A stretch of 64,000 bases of DNA. Origin: Dicyema japonicum. Lineage: Eukaryota > Animalia > Dicyemida. The notes under the pieces were generated by a model. The model made no database searches. It worked only from the letters and a program-made list of their open reading frames with translations, and was not told where the DNA came from. The first letter of the stretch is position 1. Each line of letters begins with the position of its first letter. Location: assembly GCA_011109175.1 (NCBI GenBank), contig RDEW01000002.1, forward strand, positions 1,780,111-1,844,110. The letters are read 5' to 3'. Position numbers and translations under genes: made by a program. This document shows, piece by piece, positions 13,669 to 26,633 of the stretch.

Positions 13669-14846
13669 CAGGGGTGTCAGACTCGATTCGCTTCGAGGGC
13701 CGCATTTATTATAATTTCTCATCAAGGGAAGATTAGTTATCCAAATTAAGTCGTGTCCGATCCTTGGAAATCTCATGAACAAGTTTCCTCCACTCTCCCC
13801 AATCCGTCGCAATTTGGAGTAGCTTTGATATAGGTATTCCCGTGACGTCTTTTATCGTAGATAGCCACCGAGTCCTCGGTCGACCAGGTCTTCTCTTCCC
13901 AGTAATATTACTCAGCATAATGATTCTTTCCAGGGAATCAAAGCGGACAACTTGCCAAAGAACGCCAATCTGTGTTTTATGATTCTTCTTTCTAGCGAAA
14001 TGCCCGTCTCCACCCGTTTGAGTACATCGGTGTTTGTTATTTTGGAAGTCTAAGGGATTCTTAGTAAACTCCTCCAGCATCTGCATTCGAAATATTAAAT
14101 TTTTATTTCAATTTGCAAATCAAACCCATAGTCAATGAGAATTTTTAATAGTTTTCAAAGATATTTTTACTTGTAATATCGTGCATTAGCACCAGTTCGA
14201 TAAATTCTCCATAAATATTAAAATCTGAATCACAGACTCTAAGTGGGTGTTGTCTGGACAAATAATTTTTGCTGTTTTTACAAGGCATTGCTCGATGAAA
14301 TTTCCATCGCAATGTGATTTTCCATTCATTGCAAACATTCTGCTGATTTCATAGTTTGCAGTAACTGATGAAGTATTACGATTAAGATTTTTTGTGAAAT
14401 GAGTGACGCAGTTAAATTTTTTCGCAATTCATTTAGCTTTGAAACACGCATGGACTTTAATTGGTTAATAATCAACTTGATACCTCCGAAATAATTAGAT
14501 TGGTAATGCCTTTTTAGGTGTATTCCTTCGGTATAGCGATATACGGTTACAAATCAAACAATGTATTTTTCCATCAACCGTTTTGCAAAAATAGACCAGT
14601 TCTCAGTTATCTGTGTTATATACCCATTAAATCGGGCTGGCACTAATGTTTGTCAAGCACTTATATTTGATGAGACTAGACTCCAGATCCCGGGAAGGTG
14701 GCCCTGAAAATTCAGGCAGCCGTTCTATATGTTCATGCGCGGGCATGAGAGAAGAACACCGGGCAGAGATGAGGTCTCTGCTAGAATGCATCGGGATCAC
14801 GTGATATTTAGTTTGGTTTTACCGTGGTCTTGGGTTGACACCCCTG
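13669..14846 (-). mobile_element. Non-autonomous hAT element with perfect 8-bp TSD and a nested RTE fragment (13733-13970)
   Basis: TIR CAGGGGTGTCA...TGACACCCCTG flanked by ATCTGGAA on both sides; internal CLIC...PKEY.LKRHYQS Charlie/SPIN N-terminus; nested GKRRPGRPRTRW RTE end. Confidence 0.9.
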
Positions 14847-15147
14847 ATCTGGAACGTCTGGATACATCCAGAAGCCATTAAACTTAATAGTTAATCTCAA
14901 TATCTTCGTCAAATGCAATTCCGCTTTAATTAAGTCGGCAGGGTAAACACTAAGCCTCACTTCACATCACTAATAGCCTTTATCCCCTAAGACAAGTCTA
15001 CTTCAATGAAAAATAACATAAATCAATATCCCTACTATAAATGGCCTTAATTACCTCCAATTACATCAGGACTGATTAACAAAAATTATGTTAATACAAA
15101 AATAAATTAGATATACGTCAGAAATCAAAAATAATAGTTAATAGGAA

Positions 15148-16152
15148 TCACCGTAAGTCAACCTCGAAGGCCATTGACTTTACCTTCGACAACAACCTCG
15201 TAGTCCAAGCATCCATTCTCTTGACTTTGTCATACTCACTCAGAGCCACCACATATTGTTCTTCATCCTCTTGCTCAATGGACTCCAAAATAGCAGATAT
15301 CAGCAGGTAATCCCTAGTGTCCACAAACGTAGGCACATGGGAGGCCAGTCTCTCAAAAGATATCCTCGAATTGGTAACATCCCCCGCACACACATGCATA
15401 CACATGCCTTGAAGGCATAGTCAGAAGCATTATACTTAAGGAGAGAATCATTGGCACTCTCCAAGGCGTACTGTATAACAACCACAACTACATTCTCAAA
15501 TATTGAGGTCGCCCTCTCGTAGTCCCCCTGATCCGCCGCAATCGTGGCCACACGAACCAGACATTTCCTAGCAGTCCTGAAGTAAAGAACAAAATTACGC
15601 TTTTTGGTTCTCGTGGAGGTAAAGCTCAGCCGCCTTGTCATAGTATTTCAACCCCTCGAGGCTCATAATCATAAATGTACAGATTGGGGGTCGACCAGTT
15701 CTTTCTCGTAGATGTCAGCCATCGTTTCTAGATGTCTAGCAGCGATCGTAAGTCTCCCCTGGGAAATGAGGAAACAGGGATAACGATGTCTTTTAGTAAG
15801 TCAACTGCCTGTTGGAGTAAACCGACTGCTTCTTGTAATTTGCCGTTTGTATTTCGATAGACATTGCTGGCAATCACAAAGTTTTCAGCAGCTTCGAAAT
15901 TGCGGTTCAGTTGCTGATATAGGGTCGCAGCCTGAATATAAGCGTTCCCTGAAGCTTCTCCGTTCTTATCTAGTCGGTAAGCATTGCCGGCTGATGTAAA
16001 AAGTTTTGCAGCCTCCTCCATTCTCTCCGTTTTGCTGGAAGTTCTAAAATTTGAGCAAGGGGCAACCCCAAGATTTTGGAGAATAAGCCATCTTTTTTGT
16101 TTAGTTTTTCTTGTGCTTCTTCGAAAATCTTTGCTGCTTTAGAGTCGGACAT
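15148..16152 (-). CDS. NAPA: Alpha-soluble NSF attachment protein (alpha-SNAP)
   Basis: AQEKL...FSKILG...MEEAAKLFTSAGNAYRL...GRLTIAARH...LLKYNASDY...EYDKVKRMDAWTTRLL; introns of 23, 26, 26, 22 and 21 nt. Confidence 0.95.
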
Positions 16153-18019
16153 TAATATATCTATTTAATGACCACACAAAACAAGGAAGTTCAATTATTT
16201 GAGCTGTTATATTATTTTAAATATCATAAAATAAAATAATTAATATATTTATATGATTAATTAACTGTAATGTATAAAATCATCTTGTTTTTTATCTATT
16301 TAAATAATAATTTTTTTAATAAATAATTAATAAATCAACCATCTTAATGTTTTGAACTCGATTTTTCTGGCAGTGTAGTATCCAATGCTGTCATTCATGT
16401 CACGATTAGCTGTGGGTTCGTGCCGTTACCTACTCAGTAGAAGGTTAAAATTATGCTCTCTGTCTTTCTGTAGTTTCTTAGATACTTTATGAGATCCTTC
16501 TAACTTAGAAGGCCTCCAGTGACCGGCCGGTATCTGGAAAAAATCATCTATTCCCGCAATGACAGGTATGGATGTACATGATTTTTGGAAGGGAGGACAA
16601 GTATCACTTCAACAGGGGAAATTGACAATATCTGTTTTATATCCTGGATTATTAAAAAAATCAATTTTCTATCTCCTGGACAAGTGCAGAGAAGATCACC
16701 ACTCTGGAAACTTTAATTTGTGTGCAATAAGTAATATTTCCGCTACATGGTGAAGGAGCAGTTCTCCATCACAAGGTTGTGTGGTCTCAAGGGCTTACTG
16801 AGAGTTAGTAGAAGCTGGGATTACTTAATTAGTTGGCTTTAACCCCTTTCTTAGTGGATAATACATGAGACTCTCCATCCCCAAAGATATTTGTCCTAAA
16901 CCCGACAGTGAGTATGAATAATGAAGGACGGTCCTTTATATAAGCGACCAACCATCTGCTCTTCATGGATGACATAAAGTTGACATCCTATGAAAATAAC
17001 CACGACGCTTAGGATGGCTAATGAAGTCAAAAATTATTTTGATTTCCACAAATCAGCCACAAACATGATTGGCTGGGAAAGAAGCTGTCCTCGGTGGAAT
17101 ATAAGTATACCGCTCTTGGGCGTTTCAGTTTTACAATGTTCTCCAAAACAAGGCTAATCTTGAGGAAAGAAAGAACCGTAGGGTCTCAGCCTCAAAGAAA
17201 ACACATATGGCCACAATCGTAGGATTCCTGACTAGAAAATACCGTAGAGAATAAGAAAGAATTTGACTTAAGACTTGTACATTATATTTTGTTCAACTCG
17301 ATTGAAGAGTCGGATGCAAATATCCTAGAGTCATGCCAATGACAGATCCATGGAAATTATTCCTCGAGGTCTAATATAATGCTACTCTTCATACTAGACC
17401 GTGATGTGTTTTTTGAGGAAAATGATACAATATGTGGATGTTTCAACTCGACAAGAAAAACAGTGGACCATTTTCCGTGGACAGGGAAAGTCGGTTCGAA
17501 GAAGACAATGTCTTTGATTGACGTACGTACCTCTAGACCAGGATACCAAGGACATCCAAGCATGAATGAGGTGATGACTCAAGAGTCTAGTGTCCAAAAG
17601 CCCAAGAGAAGGATGATTAGACAGTTGATGGACTCCTGGACACTCGAGGACACAAATTGACTAACTAAGCGTAAAAACATGTTAGACTATTGTTTCCGTT
17701 AACACCAGTATTGCTTGGTGATTCAAGATTAATCATCTAAAATGACTGTACTAGTAAGTCAGAGTGGTTGAGCTTCAAACCAAGGTTATATATATTTTTA
17801 CTATAATACAGTAAATGACATTTTGGTTTTCTCGTGTCTTCGAAGATTAGGTCGACATCATCAGCATAAATCACTTCTTCTATTTTTCCTTGGTATAATG
17901 GTCTCAGTTCCCTCATATCGGCCTCTAAATATATTGTGAATAGTAGCGGAGAGAAAAAGTCTCCTTGAGGAGTGCCTGTGTTTGTTTCACCACTATCATT
18001 ATTAAATTAAATAAAATTA

Positions 18020-18150
18020 ATTGAACCAGAAAACCACCGTCACATCCAAAACTAAACAATTCAGGTAATCCTGGGCCTCCCTTAGCAGTCTTCACATCTT
18101 TTCTGGTGTTCATATTGCATTCCGACAAATTTTGATAAGGACGGGGTCGA
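18020..18150. repeat. Dispersed repeat, copy 1 (copy 2 at 20770-20890)
   Basis: TTGAACCAGAAAACCACCGTCA...GCAGTCTT..CATCTTTTCT.GGTGTTC...GGACGGGGT is shared; the two copies flank GPAA1 in direct orientation. Confidence 0.8.
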
Positions 18151-18239
18151 ACGAACCGGATGATATTGTTTAATTTAAATTTTTGACAAATAATTTTAAA
18201 TATTTAAAATATTTAATTCAAATAATTCAAAATTATTTA

Positions 18240-20285
18240 ATGTTATTGGCTCGACTTGCCCTGAAAAATGTTGTAGTTCATGGACATAAAATAAGTGCAT
18301 GCTATTTTATACTGGGATTACTACTGTGTACAGTCAAAATAACGAAAGCGATTGTAGATCTCAACCACTACGACAATTCAGCCTTGACTGGTATCTTTAT
18401 AAGCTAATTCAGGCACCTTTCACCTTAAGTATTATTACATTAATAGAGGACCACGCTATCTTCAGAAATTCAATTAAATTCGACATCTGGGAGACTTTTT
18501 GATTATGCTGCTACTTTTATGCTGAATTCTGGGCTCAAAGTATTCAAACAGAATTTCACCTTCTCCGATCCCATCGAGCCAGCATCCTTCTCAGTTTGCT
18601 TATCTTATTAGAAGAATTCATCCAATCTGATGGGATTGATGCCCGCTAAAAGGGACAGGAACTTGGGGACTGTTGTAGTGTATCTACTAATGGGGGATGA
18701 GACTGGAGACAGACTTTCAGTTTCCTTACTTCAAACGCTAGTTGACTTTTTTTCTGGTTATCTGAGCTGATTATTTGTAAGGGGGAACTATTTGGTCTAA
18801 AAATATCATCTTTGTGCTCGGACAAAATGGCAGTTTCGGGGTTCAAGCCTTCTTTGAGGGATATTCTGGCATCTCAAGAAGCACATGTCATTAATTGACT
18901 TATTCTTAGATCTTACCGCGGATTCTATTCCTTTGAGCTACAGTGACCTCCATATGGTGATATTGGTGGACATTAAGGACTCCCTTGTGTCCTCTCTTAA
19001 TTATGACTCCTTCGGAATGAACGGAAGACTTGTTCTTTCGGATATTCTCGTCGCCTTTAATTGGGTCAACCATCAAAAAATTCCAAACTGCTTTCAGGTA
19101 TTAATTTGGTAGATCCCAGATTTTCATGACCCCCATTTCTTGGAAGATGCATTCCTTGAACGCACTAAGTTTTCTCTGGCATCAACTCACTGCCTCTGCG
19201 GGAAAGCAACCCCACTCGATTTTTCTCAACGTGGGAGTTCCGTCGGTTACTATTTCCAATGGAAATTACAACAAAAGTATAACAGACCTCAATGTTATTG
19301 GGAAGTTGTATTTTGTTTTCAATGCAGGAATATTGAGAATCTAATGGTTTCCGCTGTCACTGTGCCTTATAAGCTGTACTTCCCCTACAATTTCTACGTA
19401 ATGACAGGACCCTACTCATACTCCCCCATGTATTTGTATTCGAAGGTTGTCTCTATGTTAATGATCCCCATGTGCATGCAAGTGAGAATATTCTTTTACT
19501 TAGGTTATCCTTATGTTCTGGTCATTCAAGTCCATGAGGATGACTACGAGGTGGTGGAGGTATGACCCGATCAAGTTTGAGGTTGCTTTTGTCTGAACTT
19601 TAAAGGCTAATGTCAGAATGGTCGTTAAGGAAATAGCATGTGTTTTGGGATATGCTGTATTTCTTGGAATTCTCTCTTTACACAAGGTACTTCTACCCCA
19701 CGTGTTCTTTGCCGAACGTAGTCACTGGAAGATGCTTTCTGATGAGACTTTGGTTATGCTCATTGCTTTGTTAGTCCCTGTTGTTATCAGGTGGTTTGTA
19801 TGTGGATGTGTAGGGCTTGCCTTGGCAGTCGTCTGAGCAGCTGGAGTTGTAAAATATTGGGGATGCTGGTCATTTTGGCTTATACTGCGTTCTGCTCTGT
19901 CTTTATGTCCACTCACCTTCCTTGCTACTTGTTGGCTGTCTGGTGGGGGACGTTATCTGTTTTGTTGTTCAATCAAAGAAAACTAATGTTGGCTTATGAC
20001 TCATTTCCTAGGAGGTTTATTGGGAAAGTGCTTTTAGTCTTCACGTGTCCTCTTGTATTTATTGCTACTGGGGCTCTCCTTCATTATATATTTGTCACTG
20101 GTGGGGATTTGACGTCAAAGGGACTATTTGACATATTAGAAGCTATTGACTTGGCTGGAGTGTTGAATACAGTGTATAAGGAGTACATTTTGTATGGAAA
20201 TTATGCCTATGCGTTTTTATCAATTGCTGCATGGCCCCTCTTTGCTGTTCAACTGGCAATTTGTCTTATTGGGACATTAGAATGA
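18240..20285 (+). CDS. GPAA1: GPI transamidase subunit GAA1/GPAA1, multi-exon
   Basis: N-terminal TM, IWSKNIIFV (cf. YWAKDIVF), NGRLVLSDIL (cf. NGQLPNLDL), PHSIFLNVGVPSVTI, NFYVMTGPYSY (cf. FFLYLL..SRFVS), multi-TM C-terminus. Confidence 0.8.
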
Positions 20286-20769
20286 TTTAATATTTATTAA
20301 TTGATTTGATTTTTTGTTTTTAATGGTTAATGGAGGATTACTGATAAGGGTCTGAAACATTAGGGTTGCATTGATGAGGACTTGAGGACTATTAGAAACA
20401 CAGAATTAGTTGTCTTTTACTTTCTGGTGTTTGAAATAAATTCATAACAACATTAGATATCCCGGCTAGACATGACATTAATGTAGTATGCCTGTCATCC
20501 ACGTCAATATATCCTTCTTGAGTTCACGCTAATAACGGGGATTTATGTGATTTACCACTATCAGTAGATGCTGGTAGTAGGTGGGCGTAAACATTTAATT
20601 TTCCTATCTCACTGGGTCATTTTAGGGTGTAAAATATTAATTTTTTTCTTTCACGGAGTGATGAGACACGTGACTAGGAATAACTTTACAATTATTATTA
20701 AGGGCTAGACAATTATGATTAATTTTTAAAAACAATAATAGTTGTTGCTATAAAACCTGCAGATTATTG

Positions 20770-20890
20770 TTGAACCAGAAAACCACCGTCATATACAAAA
20801 TAAACAAAATTCGAGTAATCCCGGCAGTCTTTGCATCTTTTCTCGGTGTTCCGACTGCGTTCCTGCGCATTTCCGATATGGACGGGGTGT
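20770..20890. repeat. Dispersed repeat, copy 2
   Basis: Matches 18020-18150. Confidence 0.8.
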
Positions 20891-20964
20891 GCAGATTAAA
20901 AATAATAATTGAAACAATATTTTTTATATTAATTTTTAATATTTGAAATAAATATTTAGTGGTA

Positions 20965-21110
20965 CACGTTTTTTTATTTGCTCTGTTGAACATTTAAATA
21001 TAAATGACCAAACTGAGCAATATTGACTGTCTGAGAGAGTGGGCACTAATAATGTCCTTAGTTAACAGACATACATATTATTGTTAAAATAATCATGTTA
21101 AGTGGTTATT
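20965..21110 (+). repeat. About 145-bp direct repeat, copy 1 (copy 2 at 24969-25118)
   Basis: GCTCTGTTGAACATTTAAATATAAAT...GAGAGTGGGCACTAATAATGTCCTTAGTTAACAGACATACATATTATTG near-identical in both. Confidence 0.9.
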
Positions 21111-21189
21111 TATTTAAAAACAAAAGGAACAAAATTCGTTTTTTTTCTCTCGTGGTTGACAGTTCTATTTGTTCATTCAATAAGAACTA

Positions 21190-23100
21190 CTTAAAGAAAA
21201 AGAACATACCGTCGAAGGAGGACACAATAAGAATTGGACCATATTTACGGCGAAGGACGTCCAGTGGGGAATATCAAAAGCCCGAGGTCCAGACAATATT
21301 TCTATAACAGAACTAAAGCATATATGACCTCTTGCTTTAGATTTAATTGTCTACATATTCACAGTATCAATAAATATGATCATTATTCCGGATGTCTGGA
21401 AGAGATCAAACCGATCTTGATGCCAGGAAAATCCGAAAATGACCCCTCTTCCTACAGACCAATCTCGATCCTATGTTCACTTTACCGAATACTCGAAAGT
21501 TAGTTTTTAAAAATAACAAAGACTACATCCTGCTCTTTCCCTTCATACATGGATTCCGGGCTAAACACTCCACAGCAACATACTTAACGTCCCTGTGCCA
21601 GTTCATTGCGGAAGGATTCAATTCTAATAAACTACACCAACGAACAGTCTTGGTCTCTGCTGATATGGAGTCGCTCAAGGATCTCCACTATCGCCAGCCC
21701 TTTTCAACCTGTACATCAGTGACATTCCGAAACCGCACTACGAAAATTGTCTTCTACTATCATACGCGGACGATATCATTATCGCTGCANAAAAAGAACA
21801 TACCGTCGAATGAGGATATAATAAGAATTCGTAGACTAAACAAGAAGATTAACAAGTATATCAGTAAAACAATCAAGAAACGCTGGACAGAACTATCAAA
21901 AGTACTAACAGAAAATTCGCAAGTACAAAAGGTCTGGAACAAAATCAAGTCTATCAAAAGGTCTTTTGATAAGCAAAATGGGATATCATTGCAACCAAAC
22001 GCCTTAGTGAAATACTATGCTTCCATAGCACATAAAAAACACTCCAAAGAACACCAAGTACTCTTAAACAAAATAAAACCGAAAAGATCATACGTGTGGA
22101 CCATATTTACGGCGAAGGACGTCCAGTGGGCAATATCAAATGCCTGAAACTCCAAAGACCGAGGTCCAGACAATATTTCTATAACAGAACTAAAGCATCT
22201 AGGACCTCTTGCTTTAGATTTAATTGCTTACATATTCACAGTATCAATAAATATGATCACTATTCCGGATGTCTGAAAGAGATCAATCCGATCTTGAAGC
22301 CAGGAAAATCCGAAAATGACCCTCTTCTACAGACCAATCTCGATCCTATGTTCACTTTACACAATACTCGAACGATTAGTTCTTGAAAATAACAGACTAC
22401 ATCCTGCTCTCTCCTTTCCAACATGGATTCCGGGATAAACACTCCACAGCAACAAAACTAACGTCCCTGTGCCAGTTCATTGCGGAGGGATTCAATTACA
22501 CTAAACCACACTAACGAACAGTCTTGGTCTCTGTTTATGCAACAAAGGCTTTCGTCACAGTTTCAAGAAAACTCCTTTCTGAGAAAATTTACGATACATG
22601 CATCCACCCAAACATAAAACTATGGATTGCCAACTTCTTAAGTGGGAGACGTGGACAAGTGATTTGCAATTACATAAAGTCAAAATACCGTCTCTTATCA
22701 AATGGAGTCTCCTAAGGATCTCCACTATCGCCAGCCCTTTTCAACCTCTACATCAAGGACATCCCGAAACCGCATTTCAAAAATTGTCTTCTACTATCAT
22801 ACGCGGACGATATCATTATCACTGCAAAGGACAAATGTACCAAACTGCTATCATGATGGCCCAGAATATACTCAAATATTCAAAAGGCCGCAAAGACTAT
22901 TATTGGCCCAACATCTTCCCCTATATCTACAGAAGATCTTTACATCCAAAAACAAAGAATGTTTGTCATAAAAGCAAGGATACCAGATCATCTTCTGCAT
23001 GAGTTACTCATCTCATCTCTCCAGACGAAAAGAAGATATGAATCGAAGCCCTGCCTTTTTAGAAGAGCAATTCTAGACGCCCGTCCCGGCGGACCAATGT
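21190..23100 (+). mobile_element. Degenerate APE-type LINE RT region, two tandem partial copies joined at an N (21790)
   Basis: PILKPGKSENDPSSYRPISILCSL, HGFRAKHST, KAF.TVSR, YADD-equivalent TACGCGGACGAT; 21196-21789 is an internally deleted version of 21791-22826. Confidence 0.85.
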
Positions 23101-23789
23101 CCCAAGTTGTCTGTCTGGATCACTTAGTTAGTTAAGAACTTTCTCTATTCTTTTAATCCGGTGATCCTGGGACAATAATAATAATGAAAAATCTGGTATG
23201 CTGAGGATAACTGAAAGCAGGAAGATGGCTAACCTAAAGAGCTTGTTACAAGACATACTTCGGAAGAAGACTATGAAATACCTTGGCCTTATAATTGACG
23301 AGGGAGGTAATTTTATGGTACATGCCAAATACGAAAGAAAAAAGCTACGAACGCTCTTTACTGAGTAAGAAAATTAAAGGTCGAGCCGGAGACCTTTGTT
23401 TATGTCTTCAACACTGTGAATACTACCTGCAATGCTATATGGTTTTAGAAGGATGGTACGATTATTAAAAAAGAGACTCTATCCTCAAGAAATTTTGAGA
23501 AAAGGCGAAATTTTGCTCTAAAGTTTGCTTGCGAGACAAGTCCTCGTATGCCAATTCCCCTATGGTTGGAAGGAAAAATGTACAAGGTTGGCGAGGTTTC
23601 AAAAATCGCACTAAAGTATCTGGCAAATATCTTCCGAGATGACTTTGTGTTTACCGGATTTTTTTTGGGGAGACTGTCAGGGTAGAAGTCGGTTGGCATT
23701 CCCTACGCTTCATATTACTTCCCCCATCACTTAATCTACAGTGCTTATTCTTTATATAACTTACTAACTCACAGATATGGAGCGTTTAA

Positions 23790-24790
23790 AGGGATGATGG
23801 CTGAGAGAAAAAACGTTACAGGACCATCTGCGAAAATAAATATGAGAGGCTTCTGAGCCAATCAAACCAACACAGACGTGCCTGTCTAGTTACTGGAAAA
23901 TGCGAATGGAGTGGACTGGATCGATGTACTCCCAGTTGTTAATGATCGGGAACCACTCCAGTTGTAAGTGACGACGATATGTCCGCATCGGCATTCTCTA
24001 TCAGACTTGGACTGGAGATTTGCCGGACTCACAAATGCCGGTGTGGCGCAACCGTCGATCGTTATGGACACAATGCCCTTTCGTGTCGAAGAAGTGCAGG
24101 ACGATTCCCAAGACACAAGCAATCAACGGAATTGTCAAGCGAGCCCTGGAGTCTGCGGGATACCACGCCATACTTGAACCTGTTGGGGAAACCTTTAATC
24201 TGGGATGCTACTTGTGTCGACCCACTTTGCCCATCCAACATTGTCGGGAGCGCGGTAGACACACAATGTATGCCTCTAAAAAAGCATGAATGCAAAGGAA
24301 AAAAATATGAAACATTGCACGATCGGTTCAATTTCTATCCCATTGTGGTCAAGACAACTGGAGGAATAAGTGGAAAATCGCTTCGCTTCCTTACAAAACT
24401 TGGACGCCTAGCTACACTAAAACAGCCGGCACGTGAGACCGGTGCTTCTCCAGTTGATCTAAGGTTGCAGTCGTGAAAGGCGACGCAACGTCGATAATGT
24501 CGGCGGGGTCTACTTTGGATGGTTGACTGTTGTTAATTTAATTACATTAAACTTTACATTTAAAATAAAATTAAAACAATATTTTTTATATTAATTTTTT
24601 TTTTGTTCCATTCGCGTGGAAACGTCAGGAATCCTTGGCCCCAAGCAGATGAGTTGGTTCGTAAGATCGGCTTCATGATTCAAGCTGTGACCAAGGATCG
24701 CGAGAGACTGGATGGTTCCGAGAACGTATCTCGTTGGCTATTGTTAGGGGAAATAGCATGGCCATTCAGATGCCTTAATTTATTTTTATT
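23790..24790 (+). mobile_element. CRE-like non-LTR retrotransposon, RLE C-terminal region
   Basis: HKCRCGATVDRYGHNALSC zinc knuckle, RH...RALESAGY..ILEP, GKPLIWDATCVD, FYPIVVKTTG. Confidence 0.85.
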
Positions 24791-24968
24791 AATTACCATA
24801 TTTCTTATTGAACCTTCAAAAAAAATAAAAAAAAATTTTTAAATATTTAAATAATATTAAAATAATATGGCTTCGAACCAGACGATAGGGCTTCCTCAAT
24901 GACATTTGTTTAATTGTTAAAAAAAATTTTGTTAATAAAAAAAATAAAAATAAATAATATTTGTTGGT

Positions 24969-25118
24969 TCACGTTTTTCTTGTTTGCTCTGTTGAACATT
25001 TAAATATAAATAACCAGACTGAGCAATATTGACTGTCTGAGAGAGTGGGCACTAATAATGTCCTTAGTTAACAGACATACATATTATTGTTAAAATATTC
25101 CTATTAAGTGGCTATTAA
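24969..25118 (+). repeat. About 145-bp direct repeat, copy 2
   Basis: Matches 20965-21110. Confidence 0.9.
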
Positions 25119-25949
25119 GAAGGTTATCGAAGCAGTATCCGGTAATCCATTGATATTCATTAATGTGGAAACCCCTCTGGTGGAGTAGATAAAAGGGGTT
25201 TTTTTGGATGCATACCAGGGATTAAGCGTTTTAGTGAATTGAATGACTTCTCGAGAAATTGAGAGCAAAAATGAATTTTTTTGACAAGGTAAGTGTGTGG
25301 AAATCAAATCAACTGCTAATTGCCACGTCATTAATCACAACCTGGTAGTCGTAGTCGATTGGTTAATGAGACTTTGTAAAGGCAAGCTATGATAAAGTTA
25401 TAAAATGTATAAATTCGACCCGTCGTACTTAGTTTGATTATTTAACCGTCTCAACGACTATGTTGAGCTGCTTGTTCGAGATTTTGAAATTTGTTCACAT
25501 GCCTATTATTTTTTGGGAAACAATTTTTGACTTAAAGGGCTTATTATAATGCACATTCGCAATAAGAAAGTTATATCCTTCCTGTCGCTTGTGCCACCCC
25601 CGAATGATCTGGTCTGTTGGACTCCTCCGCGCTCTCCTTGAGATTGCGATTTTTTGGAGGTTGTCTAGATCATCTGCTTCTTCTAATGTCATTTTAACAT
25701 GTATTAGATCGATTTTCATTATTGAGAGCAAAATTGTTAATTGTAATGACTTCCGGATAAAAATCATGAGGTCCCCTTTACGAATCTCGCTGCTGTTCAT
25801 TCGGTTGAAGATTACGATGCTTCGGGGTTGACGAGTGACGCTGTGGTATTTCTCTACGTTTAAGACGTAAAACACAAGTTTCCCCTCATGTTAATAAGCT
25901 CAGTGTTCTGGAAGAGCCAGTGTGTCATTCTAGGATCTCCCTTTATCAG

Positions 25950-26330
25950 CTTTTCAAGCTGGCCGATCAGATAAACTTTGTTGTGCTAGGGCCAAACACA
26001 GCAGACGTCTCAACGGAAGGGAAACCAATCCCCAATGCCGCGGTACTTCCTACTTTTCGAATCTTCCCTGTGAACCCGCGCACAGCGAAGACTTGAGCAG
26101 ATTTGTTTTTGTGAAAGTGTCCGTGTACATTGAATCCCAAGCAAAATACCTCCTTTTGCTTTATGTCATGGTTGTTACGCTATCCTGCCTCTTGCCATAT
26201 CCTCTGCCAAATCCGATGGGTTCTAGAAGGAAATTAAACCCATCGTCTTCGATAGCCTTCATGAGAGTACAGTTTAGTATGGGATGGCGGGAAATTTTCC
26301 CGAAACTCCTCCGTCTGCATGACCAATAAA
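25950..26330 (-). mobile_element. CRE-like RLE fragment
   Basis: SCRR...RH..LN...LLEPIGFGRGYGKRQDSVT (cf. LEPxGLxRxDGKRPDGxT). Confidence 0.75.
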
Positions 26331-26633
26331 AAAAACGTTGATCATAGTTATAGAAACTCAAATTTTTGAATTATTTTTTTTAAACCGAAAATCATCACAG
26401 GAGGATGACGTCCATTAGGTGATCCCACTCTCTTCATTTTCTCAGTGTTCTTCTCATAAACACATCGTATATTCGTATTCTTATTGTTTTTGTGGCCGAA
26501 AGATTATTTAAACATAACCCTAATTAATATTATATAAATAAATCAACAATTTAAATTAGTTGATGTATTAAAAATATTATTTTAATTTTTCAAATAAATA
26601 AATTTGAATATAACGTGTTCTCTGTGTGATCTT

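Noticed and set aside
21190-21790. Internally deleted LINE copy that might be a spliced retrocopy
   Set aside because: Deletion ends do not look like GT-AG junctions and the copy abuts an assembly N
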